Source: Methanobacteriota archaeon
Lineage (GTDB): Archaea; Halobacteriota; Bog-38; Methanoflorentales; Methanoflorentaceae
Length of the DNA stretch: 64,000 nt
Direction of reading: 5' to 3'
NCBI GenBank assembly: GCA_963701995.1
Contig: OY969693.1
Span: 1,025,512-1,089,511 of the forward strand
The notes beneath the pieces were generated by a model that saw only the letters and a list, made by a program, of their open reading frames with translations, had not been told where the DNA came from and ran no database searches. The position numbers and the translations under genes were made by a program. Below are positions 9,448 through 19,116 of this stretch, piece by piece; position 1 is the first letter of the stretch; each line of letters opens with the position of its first letter.

Positions 9448-10449
9448 ATGATCGACAGCTATACCTTCTTTTTGCTTGTAGTCTCGGTTCTGCTTTCATT
9501 TGTAGTCACGTTTGTTGTGACTCCGCCGCTCATCAAGAGAATGAAACCTGCTGGGGTGTTTGGCGTTGACGTTCACAAAGTTAAAAAGCCTGCGATTTCT
9601 GAAATGGGCGGCTTTGCCATCTACGCAGGGTTCGCCACGTCTATGATCTTCGCGGCTTTTTTGGGGCTCAATTTAATGTTAATATTGGTTTCAGTGCTCG
9701 TGGTAAGTCTATCAACTATGGTGGGGGCTGTAGATGACGTGATGCACCTTGGCGCCAAAGAAAAGCCGCTCCTTGGCTATTTCGCTGGCATTCCGCTCAT
9801 ATTGACTGCGGGGAGCGACCCCTATCTTCTCGTGCCTTTGTTAGGGACGTTTTGGCTTGGACTCGCGTGGATCCCTATTGTGCCTTTTGCAGTCACAGCT
9901 GGGGCCAATGCAGTCAATACCTTTGCTGGATTCAATGGGATGGTGATAGGCTGCGGCGCCATAGTGACGTTTGCATTGATAGTAGTTGGAATTGTGCTGA
10001 TATCGCCGACGGGGGGCATCGTGGGACTTTTGATTTTGGCGGCGCTCTTTGGGGCACTCCTTGGTTTTTTTCCGTATAATAGATATCCTGCCCGCATATT
10101 TACGGGCGATATAGGGACGCTCTGCATCGGTAGCGCTATCGCCGTTGGCGCCATAGCGCTAAAAATCGAACTATTTGCGGTCATCGCGGCTTTGCCTTAT
10201 ATCGTCAACTACGGCATGGTATTGCTCTCTGTTGGAAAGGTAACCGAGAGTCACTTGTTTACGGCCACGCAGGTAACGAATGACGGGTACTTGATCCCCT
10301 CAAAGTCATATTCCGTTCGAAAGAACTTGTCCGATTACATTTTGAGCAGGAGATCAATGAAAGAACCGGGACTAGTGAAAACGCTTTGGACTTTGTGCGC
10401 AGTATCCGGCGCAATAAGCATTTTGTTGGCAGTCTTGTCGACTCGTTGA
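9448..10449 (+). CDS. aglH: polyprenyl-phosphate GlcNAc-1-phosphate transferase (MraY/WecA/AglH family)
   Basis: About 10 TM helices with DDxxD-type (VDDVMHL) and NAVNTFAGFNGM motifs of the MraY-like family. Confidence 0.75.
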   Translation: MIDSYTFFLLVVSVLLSFVVTFVVTPPLIKRMKPAGVFGVDVHKVKKPAISEMGGFAIYAGFATSMIFAAFLGLNLMLILVSVLVVSLSTMVGAVDDVMHLGAKEKPLLGYFAGIPLILTAGSDPYLLVPLLGTFWLGLAWIPIVPFAVTAGANAVNTFAGFNGMVIGCGAIVTFALIVVGIVLISPTGGIVGLLILAALFGALLGFFPYNRYPARIFTGDIGTLCIGSAIAVGAIALKIELFAVIAALPYIVNYGMVLLSVGKVTESHLFTATQVTNDGYLIPSKSYSVRKNLSDYILSRRSMKEPGLVKTLWTLCAVSGAISILLAVLSTR

Positions 10450-10620
10450 GGTGTCTTGTTCAAGGCGACAGACCGAAAAAAGGCTATGGCAGCCGGCGAG
10501 AATGCGTGAGTGTCAATAACCTTGTGGCCGCAAGCATGGGGCTGTCCATGATCGTCTGATCTCGGGACTCCCGTAATTGGCTTCGAAAGTAGCTAGTTTG
10601 CCTAATCTAAGCCACTGGGG

Positions 10621-12951
10621 TTACAGCAGCTGCTGTGAATTGATGTTAACTGCGTCGATCGGATATGCGTATCTCGCATCAGTAGTTGCGTTGCCGCCGT
10701 TGGATGGATCCATCCATAGACTTACATACAGGGTTCTTGTTGACCCCAGAGTGGGCATAAATCCGAACCGGCTAGAGCTTCCGCTGGGCAAATCGATCGG
10801 CACTGCCTTAGTCTCTCCGGCATTTAACGTCACCGGCTTGTACTGGTCTTGCCAAGCGATGTGCAAGCTCATCGGATCGCTGGCGTGATTCGTCACATAA
10901 ACAACTCCTGAGTCGCCGTTCACTGTGACGTCGCTGATCGAGGCGTATTGTGTGGGCGTTTGGGCGAGCAGGGTTGGGTTAATTTTGTAAATCACTACAC
11001 CGTTATTCTGGAATACTTCTGTCATAATCGTGGTATCTGGAACGAAGTTCGGGAATGGAAATCCCCAGACGCTGCTCGAGTAATTTGCTTTGACCGGATC
11101 AGAAACGAAGTAGTCTACGCCCATTTTTTTTGCTATGAGTAGCTTGGTTGCGGAACTTGTGGAGCTGTTCATGAAATTGGAGAGGTCTGTGAGCTGCGAT
11201 AACTGATGGGTGACCACGTAGGAGTTTTCAGAGTCGGTTGATAGTACCACTCGGGCATTGGTGAACGTGTTTGCGTATTGTAAGAAAGTCGGATCTGACA
11301 ATACTCCGTCGTTGGACGTCGTGTGATTATTGAGCCATTGCAGTGCGCTCATTTCGTTATCGGTAAGTTTTGGAGCCTGTGCGTTTGTGGCATAGGCGGT
11401 GGCTGTGGCAATATGAAATACCGGCGATAACACGGAAATAACCACAAAAGCGATGATAAGCATCGAGCGCATTGCCCGATTGTCTCGCCTCCGTCGCAAG
11501 CCTTGGACGCGCGGCTGCGGTTCATATGCCAGCCGAAAAACAAGCATTGAAGCGAGTATTGACAGGGGGAGCACGAGATAGAGTATCGAACGCACCCCGC
11601 TTTGATTTTGTAGAACGTGCGGTATGACACGTTGAATAAGCCAGGGCATGTGCGGGACTGCCACTCCCAAAACACCGATTACCGTGGGCACCAATGCTAC
11701 AAGGAGCCAGCTTGATACAAGCATGTTTCGCAGGTTTGTTTCAGCTCGGTCCCAGAGGGTTGTTTTGTAAACCAGAATACTCAGAATTGGAATGAGACCA
11801 AGACTTGAAATCATGAAAGCTAGCGAGAACGCCGTCTGAGCCGAAAACACAAGGGCTACTGCTACTACTCCAGCCATCGCGACTAAGGTCAAAACTATGA
11901 TCAAATTTAGGACGTTTTTTGTCGTGTGGCCAATTACGGCGAACAGTCTGTCACGGCGTTTTTGCGGTGACCTTTGATCGGCGTTTCCGCTAAAAAGCAC
12001 GCCGACGGCTGCGAGCCCCAACATGCCTGCCGACAAAGTCAAGACCTCTGGAATGCTCCACGGCAGAGTTTGGTAGCTGAGATACATGGACAGCCACCAT
12101 GGAGCGCTAATTATGACTGGTAGCAAGATCATAGCACTTATCTGCTTCAAATGCATCCGAGTGCCAAGATTAATCAGCACATAGAGTACGATGAAGATGG
12201 TGAAAATGTAATAAAACGTCGTGGTAGAAAACCTATGCGTAAAAATGAGTGTTGTCACGGTAAGAGCGCCTAGAAATGTATATTTTGATCTCAGGAGAGA
12301 CTTACCTGCATCGTCCTTGATTGCCGCGTAGAGGTAGTAGGTCGCAAGCATCATCAGTATCAGCCCAAAGCTTGACGGAACGATATATTGCGGCCCCAAT
12401 ATTGCCGGGTTTGGGCTGAACGTTGCCGAAAAAAACGATGCGAGGGCGGCTATTCGCGTGTCGCCTGTGATTTTCTTTACTACGACAAAAGTAGTGAGAA
12501 CAAAGGATACCAATATGAACGCGGAAAACCCCTGCAGCAGAACGAGCAGATCGGAACTCTGGCTGATATTCTGGCTGATATTCACTCCACCAAGCGTAGC
12601 GACAGCGCTGAATACGATTGGGAGGCCAGGCGGTTCAACGTTATACCAGACGTCACCAGGCGCGGCGTTTGGATTTGTTGGGCTTAGCGCGCTGTTTTGT
12701 TGGACGTCTTTTGCTAAAGCGACGTACGTAGCGGTATCGTGATCGATCAAGTCGATGCCGCCGTTCCAGTATCCAGCGAACCCTACGGTGATAAGCAGCA
12801 GCGTGAGCGTCGTGAGCAAAATGCCCACCGACACTTTCTTGCCCAGCTCCCTCGACTGCGTACGCTCAACCGTGTGACTGCGCTGCGCCGGTGGCGGCTG
12901 AGGTGATCGCAGTCTAGAATACCCTTGATTCTCCTCGTATCGCTCTCGCAT
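10621..12951 (-). CDS. large polytopic membrane protein with extracytoplasmic C-terminal domain; possible GT-C-fold glycosyltransferase (not AglB)
   Basis: 776 aa, about 13 or more TM helices. An acidic DLIDHD stretch follows TM1, resembling a GT-C first-loop motif. C-terminal roughly 270 aa is Ser/Thr/Asn-rich and soluble. No WWDYG or DK motif, so not STT3/AglB. Confidence 0.35.
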   Translation of the reverse strand: MRERYEENQGYSRLRSPQPPPAQRSHTVERTQSRELGKKVSVGILLTTLTLLLITVGFAGYWNGGIDLIDHDTATYVALAKDVQQNSALSPTNPNAAPGDVWYNVEPPGLPIVFSAVATLGGVNISQNISQSSDLLVLLQGFSAFILVSFVLTTFVVVKKITGDTRIAALASFFSATFSPNPAILGPQYIVPSSFGLILMMLATYYLYAAIKDDAGKSLLRSKYTFLGALTVTTLIFTHRFSTTTFYYIFTIFIVLYVLINLGTRMHLKQISAMILLPVIISAPWWLSMYLSYQTLPWSIPEVLTLSAGMLGLAAVGVLFSGNADQRSPQKRRDRLFAVIGHTTKNVLNLIIVLTLVAMAGVVAVALVFSAQTAFSLAFMISSLGLIPILSILVYKTTLWDRAETNLRNMLVSSWLLVALVPTVIGVLGVAVPHMPWLIQRVIPHVLQNQSGVRSILYLVLPLSILASMLVFRLAYEPQPRVQGLRRRRDNRAMRSMLIIAFVVISVLSPVFHIATATAYATNAQAPKLTDNEMSALQWLNNHTTSNDGVLSDPTFLQYANTFTNARVVLSTDSENSYVVTHQLSQLTDLSNFMNSSTSSATKLLIAKKMGVDYFVSDPVKANYSSSVWGFPFPNFVPDTTIMTEVFQNNGVVIYKINPTLLAQTPTQYASISDVTVNGDSGVVYVTNHASDPMSLHIAWQDQYKPVTLNAGETKAVPIDLPSGSSSRFGFMPTLGSTRTLYVSLWMDPSNGGNATTDARYAYPIDAVNINSQQLL

Positions 12952-13010
12952 TAAACGTGGACTACCTCAAACCGAGTAATAATAAACCCTGTTTATAGAA
13001 TCGCTATGCC

Positions 13011-14303
13011 CTAATCACTTATAGTTTTTGGTGACCGTTTTCCAGTCACACGCAGCTTGAACCAGCTTAGAAGCAGGGCACTGTATGTGATCTCATTCGA
13101 GACCATTCCGGTAGCAATTGCGAGCATTCCGCCTAAAATAGGGGTAAGCGTTACCATGACCGAAAGGAATGCAACTGTGGCGAAAACTACTCCCCAGCCA
13201 ACAATTTTTGCGCCCTCACACGCAGTGACCAATTTGTCCCAGATTCTGTTATAGAGAAAAAGCCCTGAATAAGCCGCGAGCATAAGCAACAATGGTCGAA
13301 TCTCTTGAACTCTAAAAATGCGCAAGAAGACAACGCCACTTACGTAAGATAGCAAAAACCCGGCCACACATATTGGAACGCCGAAGTAAGCTAGATACCT
13401 CCCAACCCGGGGTCGCAAACCCCAGTCAAGAGAGCAAAAGCGGGGGTATAATGCCATAGAAAGGACGGTTACGAGCGGCACAATCAGGAAAATACTCGAG
13501 CGATAATGTGCGCCAAATACCCCCACGGCGTAGGCAGTCGCTATAACGTTCAGGTAAAGGATGCTAATCTGCTGCGCTGAGACGCCGAGGACGCTGTCAG
13601 CGCCCAAATAGACGGTGAGCGGGATTAGTGATCTCATTCTCTCAATCGAAACGCGCGGGAAACCCAAAGGCACTTTTTGAATCAGGACAAGAGAACCGAG
13701 TAAGGAGCCGACGCATATGCCGACTAAGCCGAGCGTCAAGTTGCGAAAAAGGACAAAAAAGATGAGCGCGACGCTCCAATAAATGACGTCTGCGATAACG
13801 ACAAATCTAATCTTGTAGAGCGCCAGTTTGAAAGATTGTGCAACGGTGTATATCGTAAGCAGAAACGCTATTATGTAGCCGAAAATCAACTCGTACTGGG
13901 TGATTCCAAGCAGGTTTAGCAAGTTGCTAGAGGATCCGACGACGATTACGGGCAGAGATACTGCAATCGAAAGAAAAAAAGCAATATAAAGAGCATTGAT
14001 CGGCACGTCGGCAATACGCTCGTTTCGTTCGGCAACGATCTTCACGACGGCCTTCGGCAATCCTAGGGTCATCACGGCGCTTAAGATTGTAGCTATGGCC
14101 AGAATGACGAGATAAGTTCCGTAAACCTGTACGCCGAGGTACCGTCCAACAAAAAGTTCTTCCGCCAGCGATATGAGCTTCGCCAGCGCATATCCGGCCC
14201 CCAAAACCGAGAGCCCTCGCAAGACGCTTCGGATGTACTGTACGGACAACAAGTCGCGTGCTTTTTGAAAAACCGACGCAAGTCTCGCGATGGTGTTGGC
14301 CAT
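13011..14303 (-). CDS. wzx: polysaccharide/oligosaccharide flippase (Wzx-like, MOP superfamily)
   Basis: 430 aa, 12-14 TM helices, N-terminal pattern typical of polysaccharide biosynthesis protein family transporters. Confidence 0.65.
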   Translation of the reverse strand: MANTIARLASVFQKARDLLSVQYIRSVLRGLSVLGAGYALAKLISLAEELFVGRYLGVQVYGTYLVILAIATILSAVMTLGLPKAVVKIVAERNERIADVPINALYIAFFLSIAVSLPVIVVGSSSNLLNLLGITQYELIFGYIIAFLLTIYTVAQSFKLALYKIRFVVIADVIYWSVALIFFVLFRNLTLGLVGICVGSLLGSLVLIQKVPLGFPRVSIERMRSLIPLTVYLGADSVLGVSAQQISILYLNVIATAYAVGVFGAHYRSSIFLIVPLVTVLSMALYPRFCSLDWGLRPRVGRYLAYFGVPICVAGFLLSYVSGVVFLRIFRVQEIRPLLLMLAAYSGLFLYNRIWDKLVTACEGAKIVGWGVVFATVAFLSVMVTLTPILGGMLAIATGMVSNEITYSALLLSWFKLRVTGKRSPKTISD

Positions 14304-14382
14304 TGTGGGTCAACTATTCAGGCCGCTCTTGTTAAATATACTTTTGTTGGCGCATCTAAAAGATTATTAACGTTTACTTGCT

Positions 14383-15540
14383 ATGATCAATCGGATGCCT
14401 CGAGAAAGGTGCAGAATCCTGTTTGTAACTTCGTTCGACGTTCGACTGATTGACAGCGTGAAAACAGACGGCAGCATGATTCGTCTGCTCAAAGATTTCT
14501 TGCTGAGATACGAGGATCTGTGTGATCTATTCTTATTTACAGGGGACACAAGCAAATTTGATTTGGCCCCCGCCATAGAACACGTTCCGTCAGCGTTGTT
14601 CGAGAAATTTGGTCTTTGGCACTTTTCATATGTCGCCTTAAGCACATTTAAAATCGGGAAACGATTGAAAGGAAATGCTCTGGTCCGGGGCATTTCTGCT
14701 GCGTGTCCGGGAGCAATAGTCGCAGCAAAGGCAAAAAAGAAGCCTTCACTCGTTTTTTATGAATATAATTGGGCGGATCAAGTTACGCACGTGAACAAAG
14801 GCAGAATTCTCGGAACAGTTGCAAGACTTATCGAGAACTATGTCATAAGAAACGCCGATGTTTTGGTCACGCGAAACCAGTCTCTAGAGACGGAGCTTCG
14901 CGAAAGAGGCGCTAAGAGAGTCGAGATCATACCCTTAACGTTCGATGAAGACATTTTTAAACCCGGAATTGATGTCACTGAGCTCAAAAAGACTTACAGC
15001 GTCCGAGATGAAAAGATACTCATGTATATTGGAAGACTGCATGCAGTCAAACGGCTTGACCTTCTTCTAAAGGCAGCTGCACAGCTTACTGAGCACTTCA
15101 AGCTGTTTATAGTCGGTTCGGGGGCTCAGGAAAATGAGCTCAAGGACTTGGCAAAATCCCTTGGTATTGTGGACAAAGTGATTTTCACGGGCGCAGTGCA
15201 ATATTCTGACGTGCCGAAATTCATGAATATGGCAGACTTGATCGTGATGACCAGTTCTACGGAAGGGCAGCCGAGGGTTCTGATAGAGGCAATGTCTTGC
15301 GGGACGCCGGCAGTTGGAACGAACGTGTTCGGAATTAGAGACACTGTAGATGACGGGGTGACGGGGTATCTCGCCTCTGACGATCCTGATGACATCGCAA
15401 GAAAAATTTCAGAAGCTTTGGCAAACGATGCGTTTCCGCAGATGTGCAGGTCAGTCGCACTTGAGAAATACTCGAATGAAGCCTGTGGGTTGAAAGAAAA
15501 GGCGCTATGCAAAGAGCTTTTGGCGCTCGACAGCAACTGA
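14383..15540 (+). CDS. glycosyltransferase family 4 (GT-B, retaining)
   Basis: C-terminal EGQPRVLIEAMSCGTPAVGTNVFGIRDTVDDGVTGYL, the EX7E motif region of GT4 enzymes; 385 aa. Confidence 0.8.
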   Translation: MINRMPRERCRILFVTSFDVRLIDSVKTDGSMIRLLKDFLLRYEDLCDLFLFTGDTSKFDLAPAIEHVPSALFEKFGLWHFSYVALSTFKIGKRLKGNALVRGISAACPGAIVAAKAKKKPSLVFYEYNWADQVTHVNKGRILGTVARLIENYVIRNADVLVTRNQSLETELRERGAKRVEIIPLTFDEDIFKPGIDVTELKKTYSVRDEKILMYIGRLHAVKRLDLLLKAAAQLTEHFKLFIVGSGAQENELKDLAKSLGIVDKVIFTGAVQYSDVPKFMNMADLIVMTSSTEGQPRVLIEAMSCGTPAVGTNVFGIRDTVDDGVTGYLASDDPDDIARKISEALANDAFPQMCRSVALEKYSNEACGLKEKALCKELLALDSN

Positions 15541-15815
15541 CTTTAACATACTCCGCTTCGCTTGCTGGGCCAGGTCTCGCACTGTTCTTGGTCGTTTCTC
15601 AGAGTCAGCGCACTCACAAAGCCGAATTCACTGCCAAGATACGATAATAGACCTTAGAACTTTGATAAAGCGTGATTTAGGCTAGGATTTGATCTTACGT
15701 TAGAAAAGGTGAAGTTAGGGGAGTAGGTGTGGAGTGAGGGTGTCGAGCTTCGAATGCCCAGGATATGACAGGCTGGGGCCCGAATGAAAGAAAAGTTAAC
15801 AAGAATGTGGAATGA

Positions 15816-16880
15816 ATGAAAGCTATTCCTCGCGCTGATTTGTACCAGACCATGAGCACAAACGCGTTTTACCACCATAAGACCGTATTGGTGACCGGCG
15901 GAGCCGGATCAATCGGATCACAACTCGTTCGCACGCTGTTGGAAGCCAATCCCCGCGCCGTGATCCTCACCGACAACAACGAGGGCGCGCTGTATGATCT
16001 AGAGCAAGATCTTAAGTCTAGCAAAGTGTCCACCTTTGTCGCTGACGTAAAGGACAAAGAAAGCATGAAACCGCTTTTTGACGGCATTGATTTTGTATTC
16101 CACCTTGCCGGGCTCAAGAACGTACCAATGTGTGAATATAACCCCTATGAAGCTGTTAAAACGAATATCGCTGGGACTCACAACTTGGTCGATCTATGTT
16201 TGCGCGAGAACGTCGAAAAAGTGATATTTACAAGCACAGGCAAAGCCGTCAAGCCGACGACCGTATATGGTGCTACCAAACTCCTCGCGGAGCGCTTGCT
16301 CACTCTCGCTAACAGCAAGCAGGGGGGCCCAGGAACGATATTCGCAAGTGTAAGATTTGGCAACGTACTGGGCTCTCGCGGCTCGGTTTTTCCCTTGTTT
16401 AGCAGGCAAATCGGAAACGGCGGCCCTGTCACCATCACCCACGAGGACATGGTGCGGCCTAACATCATCATGTCGAATGCGCTTAGGTTGATTATGAACG
16501 CGGGAGAGCTTGCACGAGGCGGAGAAACGTTTATTCTCAAGATGAAAGTGATGAGAATAGCCGAAGTTGCTGAGGTCATGATTCGAGAGCTAGCGCCGGA
16601 ATATGGCTACAAACCGGAAGAAATCGAGATTCAGCTGATCGGTGTTAGGCCAGGCGAAAAAATACGAGAGGAGCTGATGACCGAGAGTGAACAGAGGAGA
16701 GCATACGAAACCGAAGACACGTTAGTCGTGGCGCCAGAGATGAAAGAACTGTCACACGTCCAAGAATATTACAGCGACTTATTACGCCGAAAAGAGATAA
16801 AAACGTACAAGCATCGAGATCCGGTTTTTGTCACAAGCGCAGAGATAAAGGGAATATTAACCTACTTGGGCTATCTGTAA
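15816..16880 (+). CDS. UDP-sugar 4,6-dehydratase, CapD/PseB/FlaA1-type short-chain dehydrogenase
   Basis: VLVTGGAGSIGSQL Rossmann motif and YGATKLLAE (YxxxK) catalytic motif; family typical of UDP-GlcNAc 4,6-dehydratases. Start could be the internal MSTNAF at 15852. Confidence 0.75.
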   Translation: MKAIPRADLYQTMSTNAFYHHKTVLVTGGAGSIGSQLVRTLLEANPRAVILTDNNEGALYDLEQDLKSSKVSTFVADVKDKESMKPLFDGIDFVFHLAGLKNVPMCEYNPYEAVKTNIAGTHNLVDLCLRENVEKVIFTSTGKAVKPTTVYGATKLLAERLLTLANSKQGGPGTIFASVRFGNVLGSRGSVFPLFSRQIGNGGPVTITHEDMVRPNIIMSNALRLIMNAGELARGGETFILKMKVMRIAEVAEVMIRELAPEYGYKPEEIEIQLIGVRPGEKIREELMTESEQRRAYETEDTLVVAPEMKELSHVQEYYSDLLRRKEIKTYKHRDPVFVTSAEIKGILTYLGYL

Positions 16881-17035
16881 TGACAGCTGTAGCTACAAAA
16901 ACGCCTGACACGATATGTGGGCAGCCGCAACAAGGCGAGCGCTACGATGCCCGTCGCTTAAAAAACGTCTAGAACAAAACTCACTTTGGCCCAACCTGTG
17001 CTGCGGTTGGCGCGCATTCGCTTCTGTTCTGCGGC

Positions 17036-17042
17036 TTTTTTT
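17036..17042 (+). terminator. T7 tract between convergent genes (terminator candidate)
   Basis: gcggcttttttt lies in the 300-nt convergent gap; palindromic GGCGCGCC elements flank it. Confidence 0.25.
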
Positions 17043-17185
17043 GGCGCGCCGAACTTCAATCTCTTTCGCGGAACCTGCTCAAGGCGGTGCAGATTGACCT
17101 CAGCATTCAGACGAAGGCCTCTCGGTGCCGCGATGGGACCCATTTTCGTAAGCACCTGCTATCGTCCACTGTGAGCTGATATTCA

Positions 17186-17773
17186 TCAATGCGCCGGCTC
17201 CTGGGTTTCGAGGACCGGCTCGTCTGGAAGTTCGATGTGCTGATCTAGTTCGCGCTCAAACATGTTGGTCAAAACGGCTTTTAGCTCCTTTCGAGGAATG
17301 TTTCCGGTGTTTTTCAAACGGCACTTCTCCAAGTACTCCTCGTAAGTGCTGATGAATCGTGCAGGATTGCCCGCATAGACAGTGTTCGGCGGCACGTCTT
17401 TTGTGACGACCGCTCCCGCCCCTACCACGCTGTTCGGACCTATGACTACGCCCGGCATTATAATCGCGTTAACGCCGATGAAAGAGTTATCCCGAATAAT
17501 TATGGGGCCGAACTTGCTGCCTTCGAAGTCCGCGTTCTGCTCGAGCACCCATTTGGCTCCGTCGTGAGTCATAAAGGTAACGCCGTACGTAATCTTACAG
17601 TTATTTCCAATCGAAATCAAGTACGGTTCGGTGCTCAAATTGCAGTAGTAGAGTTGACAGTTGCTGCCTATGCGTACTCCTAATCTTCGTGCTAGGCGGA
17701 CGCGGGCGCTCCCCGTGCTTATCCTGAATAAAACGATGTTCAGTCTGTAAGCGATTTTTTCTAGCCAGTTCAT
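17186..17773 (-). CDS. hexapeptide-repeat acetyltransferase (sugar N/O-acetyltransferase-like)
   Basis: LbH repeats across the C-terminal two-thirds (GPNSVVGAGAVVTKDVPPNTVYAGNPARFI); 195 aa. Confidence 0.7.
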   Translation of the reverse strand: MNWLEKIAYRLNIVLFRISTGSARVRLARRLGVRIGSNCQLYYCNLSTEPYLISIGNNCKITYGVTFMTHDGAKWVLEQNADFEGSKFGPIIIRDNSFIGVNAIIMPGVVIGPNSVVGAGAVVTKDVPPNTVYAGNPARFISTYEEYLEKCRLKNTGNIPRKELKAVLTNMFERELDQHIELPDEPVLETQEPAH

Positions 17774-17958
17774 TTGACGATAGCTTGTTGATTTGGATAC
17801 GTTCCTGCTTGCCGAACCGATAGTCGCTCGTTACGTAATTTATATTTTATCCAGCTCTTTAAGCTTGCGATCTTCGCTCAAACTCAGCCGAGCAAAAGCG
17901 AGGTGGCAGGCGGCAGTTATTATTATTAGGTTGATATATTGCACCACAACCTTGTGTC

Positions 17959-19008
17959 ATGTTCAAAGCAATTCCTGTAGAAAGACGAAGCAGAGTTATC
18001 CACGATTTTCCCTACGGTGTCGAGCGGAGGCGATGCCCGCACGCAGGTATCGTAAATATCACGAAGAGCGGGCACTGCGTTTTTGATTGCGCATATTGCT
18101 ACGCGAAGAGCTACCCGTGGTCCGCGAATGGATCTCTCATCGAGGTGTACGAAAATACGCCTGAACTGCTTGATAGCGAGTTAAGAATCATTCGCACGTG
18201 TCCGCCTCTTTATTTTTGCGCTGTGACAGATCCATTTCAACCGCTTGAGCTTGTGTGGAAAACTTCCCTCGACGCAATGGGTATCGCCGCGGACCATGGC
18301 GTCTTTTTTACTATCGTCACTAAATCGGACCTCGCTTTGAAAGTCCTTGAAACCAGCTGGGCAGATTATGAAAGATTTCGCGTATCCTTCACGTGTGAGA
18401 GTCTCAACCGCAACAAGCTCAGCGCGATCAGCAATGCACCAGATGTTTTTCGAAGGCTGAGGGCCATCGAAAAGCTTGTGAGCGCGGGCGTCAACGTCTC
18501 AGTGAGAGTTGATCCGATAATCTCTGGGCTGACTGACGATTACGGTGAGTTGGACGAATTGTTTCAGACGTTGAGCTCGATGGGCGTTTGCCACATTACC
18601 ACCTCAACGGGCAGTTTCAATTCCCGGGCGTTTCGTAAATTACTCGTTGGGATCGAGGAAGGTGGCTACGCGGAGTCAGCTGCGCTAGTCCGGAGTCGCT
18701 ATGTCTTTAATGGAAAAAAGTACACGCTAAGCCCGAAAGACCGACTCACGCTCTACACATATCTCGCGTCGCTTTGTGGTCATTACGACATGGGTCTCTC
18801 TCTTTGCCAAGAACCGCTGGATCTTGTACCTGGTGACGCGACACGATGCCGCACTCTTGGAGAGTTGGCTATGCGAGATCGGTCGGGGCGTTTCGTTCCA
18901 GTTTGCGGCTCTGACTGCTTAAATGCTTGTCCAAACGCAGAATATCCGCCTTGCAAGAACGAGAAGCTCCGTGCGGAATATCCCTTCAAATGGCGGACGC
19001 TTAGGTAG
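17959..19008 (+). CDS. radical SAM protein, SplB-like (COG1533 DNA-repair-photolyase family)
   Basis: CVFDCAYCYA gives Cx3Cx2C with the C.YCY flavour of SplB-like enzymes; 349 aa, Cys-rich C-terminus. Confidence 0.55.
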   Translation: MFKAIPVERRSRVIHDFPYGVERRRCPHAGIVNITKSGHCVFDCAYCYAKSYPWSANGSLIEVYENTPELLDSELRIIRTCPPLYFCAVTDPFQPLELVWKTSLDAMGIAADHGVFFTIVTKSDLALKVLETSWADYERFRVSFTCESLNRNKLSAISNAPDVFRRLRAIEKLVSAGVNVSVRVDPIISGLTDDYGELDELFQTLSSMGVCHITTSTGSFNSRAFRKLLVGIEEGGYAESAALVRSRYVFNGKKYTLSPKDRLTLYTYLASLCGHYDMGLSLCQEPLDLVPGDATRCRTLGELAMRDRSGRFVPVCGSDCLNACPNAEYPPCKNEKLRAEYPFKWRTLR

Positions 19009-19116
19009 AGCCGTTCTTTTGACGTCTTTGCCGCGCTGTTTTATGCGCCGGCCGATTAACGATGCTTTTAAGTATTAGTCGTACGGAATAAAACCTGAAA
19101 CTTTTTCGTTTATGAT

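Noticed and set aside
10621-12951. Calling the 776-aa membrane protein the oligosaccharyltransferase AglB/STT3
   Set aside because: No WWDYG, DK/MI or other STT3 motifs were found by eye; only a generic GT-C-like acidic loop.
16900-17180. Possible regulatory palindromes (GGCGCGCC, TTGGCGCGC) in the convergent gap between the dehydratase and the acetyltransferase
   Set aside because: These are short, GC-rich self-complementary hexamers/octamers that occur by chance at this GC content. They are interpreted as part of a bidirectional terminator rather than a specific operator.
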